Part shown: positions 60,117 through 64,000 of the stretch, piece by piece | How the letters are laid out: the number at the start of each line of letters is the position of its first letter | Position numbering within the stretch: the stretch's first letter is position 1 | Position numbers and translations under genes: made by a program | Notes under the pieces: generated by a model | Seen by the model: only the letters and a program-made list of their open reading frames with translations | Told to the model about the DNA's origin: nothing | Database searches by the model: none | NCBI GenBank assembly: GCA_964612665.1 | Contig: CAZTCI010000007.1 | Coordinates: 18,981 to 82,980, forward strand | Length of the DNA stretch: 64,000 nucleotides | Reading direction: 5' to 3' | DNA from: an uncultured Planctomycetales bacterium | Lineage (GTDB): Bacteria > Omnitrophota > Gorgyraeia > Zapsychrales > JAHFFX01

Positions 60117-60348
60117 TAGCTATGCTCCGTCGAATATCTTCCATGGCGTGAGGTTTATTCTTGGCATACTTTCGCAAAGCCCCCAACCAGCTTAACTTTC
60201 TTTCATGAGGGTAGAGAATCCAGCACATTTCGCCGTTAATTAGACGATGCTCCAAAACAAGCTCATCGCCTGGATGAATGCCCATTTGCTGGCATAATTC
60301 CGCCGGAAAGGTGGCTTGTCGTTTTGAGGTCATTTTAATGGTTTGCAT
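60100..60348 (-). CDS. vapB: AbrB/MazE/SpoVT-fold antitoxin
   Basis: SKRQATFPAELCQQMGIHPGDEL is a SpoVT_AbrB swapped-hairpin motif. Overlaps vapC by 17 bp. Confidence 0.7.
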   Translation of the reverse strand: MQTIKMTSKRQATFPAELCQQMGIHPGDELVLEHRLINGEMCWILYPHERKLSWLGALRKYAKNKPHAMEDIRRSIANARKK

Positions 60349-60370
60349 TTTTGAGTCTCCTTACTCTTGA

Positions 60371-60398
60371 GTATACGTGTAAGAAGAACGCTGTCAAG
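60371..60398 (-). promoter_or_regulatory. near-consensus sigma70-type promoter for vapBC (-35 TTGACA, 16-bp spacer, -10 TATACT)
   Basis: Read on the minus strand: TTGACAGCGTTCTTCTTACACGTATACT, followed by an AAGGAGA RBS and the ATG. Confidence 0.5.
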
Positions 60399-60430
60399 AA
60401 GATTTCAAAGTGTAAACAAGGTGTTATGGC

Positions 60431-60472
60431 GGGTAAAAGGAAAGCGCCCCGAAGCCTTTCCGGCCGGGGCGC
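60431..60472 (-). terminator. GC-rich hairpin terminator candidate (GCGCCCCG...CGGGGCGC), second in a tandem pair
   Basis: 8-bp perfect stem, then a T-rich run CTTTCCTTTTAC on the minus strand. Confidence 0.4.
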
Positions 60473-60522
60473 CTGATGTCGTAATCACTGGTTGTATAGA
60501 CTACTAAAAGATAACATATAGA

Positions 60523-60573
60523 CGGGGAAAAAAGCAAGGGGGCCGCCGGCGATTCTTTTCGCCGGCGGCCCCC
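60523..60573 (-). terminator. Rho-independent terminator downstream of acnA
   Basis: 14-bp perfect stem GGGGGCCGCCGGCG / CGCCGGCGGCCCCC with an 8-nt loop, followed on the minus strand by TTGCTTTTTTCC. Confidence 0.7.
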
Positions 60574-60661
60574 TTCGTTTTCTTTCGTAAATACATGTCC
60601 GACAGAAACTTCTGCTCTAAAATTTCCTCTTCTAAAAACTAAAATGAAATTTCTTTTAAAA

Positions 60662-63367
60662 TTACCCCTTCGCCAATTTACGCAAAACCGTCGGCAAAAT
60701 GCCGCCGTTTCGATAATAATCCACCTCAACCGGCGTATCAATCCGAACCAAAACCGGAAACTCCTTGGCCTGACCATCCGCCGCCGTGACGCGGACTTTA
60801 ACTTCCTGGTGAGGTTTCAACTGCTCTGTCAACCCTAAGATATCAAACGTTTCATTCCCTTTTAAACTCAACGACTCCGCCGAGTCCGTCGGCTTAAACT
60901 CCAACGGCAAAACGCCCATGCCGACCAGATTACTGCGGTGAATTCTTTCATAACTCTGCGCGATGACCGCTTTGACACCCAAAAGCGCTGTTCCCTTCGC
61001 CGCCCAATCACGGCTCGAGCCAGTTCCATATTCTTTTCCGGCAATCACCAGAAGCGGCGTATTGTCTTTCTTATAAAGCATCGCTGCATCAAAGATGCTC
61101 AACTTTTCGTTTTTAGGAAGGTAGGTTGTCCACCAACCTTCTGTCCCAGATGCAAGCAGATTACGCAACCGGATATTGGCGAATGTTCCGCGCGTCATCA
61201 CGCGGTCATTTCCCCGACGGGCACCGTAACTGTTAAAATCATCCGGCTTAATTCCTAATTGTTTCAAATAAATCCCCGCCGGACTTTTTTCAGAAATTGA
61301 ACCCGCCGGTGAAATGTGATCGGTTGTAATCGAATCTCCCACCATGACCAAAACCTTCGCTCCCTTAATCTCTTGAATTTTTCCCGGCGCGTTTAAATTT
61401 TCAAAAAACGGCGGCTCTTGAATGTAGGTGCTGGATTCTTTCCAAGCATACAGATCGGAGACCGTTGTTTTAATTTGATTCCAATCAGCATTCCCTTTTA
61501 AAACATCTTTATAACTGTCCTGAAATAATTTCGCGGTGACCACTCTGGAAATCAGCTTCTTGATTTCTTCCTGCGTCGGCCAGATATCTTTGAGGAAAAC
61601 ATCTTGGCCCTGCTTATCTTTGCCCAGCGGCTCTCGGGTCAAATCCAAATCAATCCGCCCGGCGAGCGCATATGCGACAACCAAAGGCGGGCTGGCTAAA
61701 TAATTCGCCTTGACCAATGGATTCACCCGTCCTTCAAAATTCCGGTTCCCGCTTAAAATACTGACCGCAACCAAATCCGTTTTCGAAACCGCCTCCGCCA
61801 CATTATCAGGCAAAGGCCCGCTGTTGCCGATACATGTCGTGCAGCCGTATCCGACAATATTAAATCCCAACTTTTCCAAAGATGGCATTAATCCAGCTTC
61901 TTTCAAATATTCCTCGACGACACGCGAACCCGGCGCGAAACTTGTTTTCACATAACCTTTCACATTAAGACCTTTTTCAACCGCCTTTTGCGCGACCAAT
62001 CCCGCGGCAATCAAAACACTTGGGTTTGAAGTATTCGTACAACTTGTAATCGCCGCAATCACAACCGCGCCTTGTCCAACTTCTTGCACTGAACCATTAG
62101 CAATGACTGCTTTTTTAGCGGCATCACTTTCGGTTAAACCAAACCCGCGATTCACAACCGGCGCCGTCAGAGACGTTTTAAAATTATTCTTAACATCTGC
62201 CAACGACACGCGGTCCTGCGGACGTTTCGGTCCGGCCAGACTAGGAACCACCGTCGATAAATCGAGCTCCAGCACATCACTGTACTCGATATTATATTTT
62301 CCAGGCACAAAGAACATCCCTTGTTCTTTCATGTAAACTTCAATGAGTTCAATCTCCTGGGCACTACGCCCAGTCATTTTGTAATAGGAAAGTGTTTCTT
62401 GATCGACGGGAAAGAATCCCATGGTCGCGCCGTATTCCGGCGCCATGTTCGCGATCGTGGCGCGGTCCGGCAGACTTAAATGAATCATGCCCTCGCCAAA
62501 AAATTCAACAAACTTATTAACGACGCCCTTCTTCCTTAATATCTGCGTCACCGTTAAAACCAAATCCGTTGCCGTAACGCCTTGCTTAAGTTCCCCGGTT
62601 AATTTAAAACCAACCACCTCAGGCAGCAGCATGTAAATCGGTTCGCCCAGCATAACCGCTTCGGCTTCAATCCCACCGACGCCCCACCCGACGATACCTA
62701 ACCCGTTAATCATCGTCGTGTGGCTGTCTGTGCCCACAAGACTGTCAGGATAAATAACAACTTCGTTGCCAATTGTTTTTTTCAAAACACCCTGCGCCAG
62801 ATATTCCAAATTGACTTGATGAACAATGCCCGTTGCCGGCGGAACGACCCGAAAATTTTGCAGCGCCTGCTGCCCCCATTTTAAAAATTCATAACGCTCG
62901 GTATTCCGCTCGAATTCCTTTTTAATATTAATCGCCAACGCGTCTTTAGTTCCAAACGCATCAACTTGCACGGAGTGATCAATGACCAAATCACACGGCA
63001 CCTGCGGATTAATTTTTTTAATATCGCCGCCCAAGCGTTTCATCGCCGAACGCATCGCCGCCAAATCAACCACACAAGGAACGCCGGTAAAATCCTGCAA
63101 AATAACGCGCCCCGGTTTAAAAGAAATTTCCTCAGCGGGCAAAGATGTAGCCGACCAGCCGCTTAAACGCTTGATGTCATTGATTGTGACTTGATAATTA
63201 TCGTAGTTGCGCATGACGCTTTCGAGCAGGACCTTAATTGAGAAAGGCAATTTGTGAGGGTCGCCCAAGCCAAACTGGCTTAAGCTGTCTAAATGGAATA
63301 TCGTAAAACTTCCCGACGACGTTTTAATAACTTTCTTGGCGGATTCTGGTTTGTAAACAACACTCAT
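60662..63367 (-). CDS. acnA: aconitate hydratase A (901 aa)
   Basis: Full-length aconitase A with TSCTNTSNP, the Fe-S Cys ligands, and the SGNRNFEGR motif. Confidence 0.95.
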   Translation of the reverse strand: MSVVYKPESAKKVIKTSSGSFTIFHLDSLSQFGLGDPHKLPFSIKVLLESVMRNYDNYQVTINDIKRLSGWSATSLPAEEISFKPGRVILQDFTGVPCVVDLAAMRSAMKRLGGDIKKINPQVPCDLVIDHSVQVDAFGTKDALAINIKKEFERNTERYEFLKWGQQALQNFRVVPPATGIVHQVNLEYLAQGVLKKTIGNEVVIYPDSLVGTDSHTTMINGLGIVGWGVGGIEAEAVMLGEPIYMLLPEVVGFKLTGELKQGVTATDLVLTVTQILRKKGVVNKFVEFFGEGMIHLSLPDRATIANMAPEYGATMGFFPVDQETLSYYKMTGRSAQEIELIEVYMKEQGMFFVPGKYNIEYSDVLELDLSTVVPSLAGPKRPQDRVSLADVKNNFKTSLTAPVVNRGFGLTESDAAKKAVIANGSVQEVGQGAVVIAAITSCTNTSNPSVLIAAGLVAQKAVEKGLNVKGYVKTSFAPGSRVVEEYLKEAGLMPSLEKLGFNIVGYGCTTCIGNSGPLPDNVAEAVSKTDLVAVSILSGNRNFEGRVNPLVKANYLASPPLVVAYALAGRIDLDLTREPLGKDKQGQDVFLKDIWPTQEEIKKLISRVVTAKLFQDSYKDVLKGNADWNQIKTTVSDLYAWKESSTYIQEPPFFENLNAPGKIQEIKGAKVLVMVGDSITTDHISPAGSISEKSPAGIYLKQLGIKPDDFNSYGARRGNDRVMTRGTFANIRLRNLLASGTEGWWTTYLPKNEKLSIFDAAMLYKKDNTPLLVIAGKEYGTGSSRDWAAKGTALLGVKAVIAQSYERIHRSNLVGMGVLPLEFKPTDSAESLSLKGNETFDILGLTEQLKPHQEVKVRVTAADGQAKEFPVLVRIDTPVEVDYYRNGGILPTVLRKLAKG

Positions 63368-63482
63368 AACATACTCCTTTAGTTTTTACGGCATCTGTAT
63401 AAAATTTGAAGAAGCTTGTTTATTATATTGAATGGAATATTGAGCGTCAATCAAAGGTCATGAAAAATAAAAACCTTACAAT

Positions 63483-64000
63483 TTATAATTTTTGCCAAGA
63501 GACCACTTTCATAATCCATGATGAACTTTGACCGATTAAACCCGGCGGCAAGTGGTTGATGACGTCAGGAACTTGAAAAATAGAAGGCACATTCGTTCCC
63601 ATGTCAAAATAGTTTGAAACAATCGTACCCATAATGTTGGTCTGCTTGGCGGCCACCACCTTTGTTTCTGCGTAAAACAACCCCATGACGTTGATACTGG
63701 CTTCATTAAAGGTTATATTGCCTGGGGTCATGAACCCCATAATATTTGTTGGAAAAGAATTATTGCCATTGGTCACAAAATCAACATTAATCTGCATATC
63801 TCCCGTCGTAAAGAGTGAACCGCTGCCGGTATAAGTAATTGATTTACTAGAACCGGATTTGGCAATGCTAAACCCGCCGCCGTCGACATAAACGATCCCC
63901 GAAATGGTCAAATTGCCATTACCGTCAAAGCTAATACTTCCATTAGCATTCGATTTACTAAAAGAAACCTTAGGTGTCATGGCCCCGAGAGTGGTTAAAT
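63483..64000 (-). CDS. C-terminal part of a larger secreted Gly/Ser/Thr/Asn-rich repeat protein (beta-helix/adhesin-like); 5' end beyond the window
   Basis: The frame stays open upstream of the listed Met to position 64000. Composition GSISFDGNGNLTISG...GSGSLFTTG suggests a repetitive beta-rich surface protein. Confidence 0.35.
   Translation of the reverse strand, partial: LTTLGAMTPKVSFSKSNANGSISFDGNGNLTISGIVYVDGGGFSIAKSGSSKSITYTGSGSLFTTGDMQINVDFVTNGNNSFPTNIMGFMTPGNITFNEASINVMGLFYAETKVVAAKQTNIMGTIVSNYFDMGTNVPSIFQVPDVINHLPPGLIGQSSSWIMKVVSWQKL

Noticed and set aside
60424-60777. ORF 60424..60777 (117 aa, Arg-rich)
   Set aside because: It overlaps the 3' end of acnA and the two GC-rich terminator hairpins. 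Its composition reflects GC-rich palindromes, not coding sequence.

Overview
This is a 64 kb chromosomal window from a moderately AT-rich bacterium (likely a candidate-phylum or Omnitrophota-like lineage). About 95% of the coding sequence is on the minus strand, in tightly packed operons. Main content, in order: (1) a nucleoside salvage operon (PNP-family phosphorylase, IF-2B-fold sugar-phosphate isomerase, class II aldolase fused to SCP2, aldehyde dehydrogenase) with decayed toxin-antitoxin inserts; (2) central-metabolism genes (short pyruvate kinase, class I aldolase, Zn-ADH, hldD); (3) a glycogen cluster (malQ GH77, three GH57 paralogs, GT4, glgB GH13); (4) REC-EAL regulator, thyA-folA; (5) a surface-glycosylation locus with two tandem GT-C/GT2 modules, an ArnB-like aminotransferase, a FemAB-like protein and methyltransferases; (6) moaC, arfB, prmA, thiC, iscA-like, a FIST protein, uspA, fur-mntH; (7) aroC-ilvD-leuD-leuC-acnA with HepT/MntA, a four-helix-bundle gene and VapBC inserted between the housekeeping genes. 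No rRNA, tRNA, CRISPR array, transposase or integrase was recognised. The non-coding DNA is unusually rich in small repeat families: an ACGTCC-module REP family, an 89-bp triple-palindrome element (one copy inside a TIR-flanked MITE-like unit), a CGTAGCTCGTATCG inverted-repeat family flanking the four-helix-bundle gene, GC-rich 11-mers, and a recurrent promoter-proximal 17-mer.
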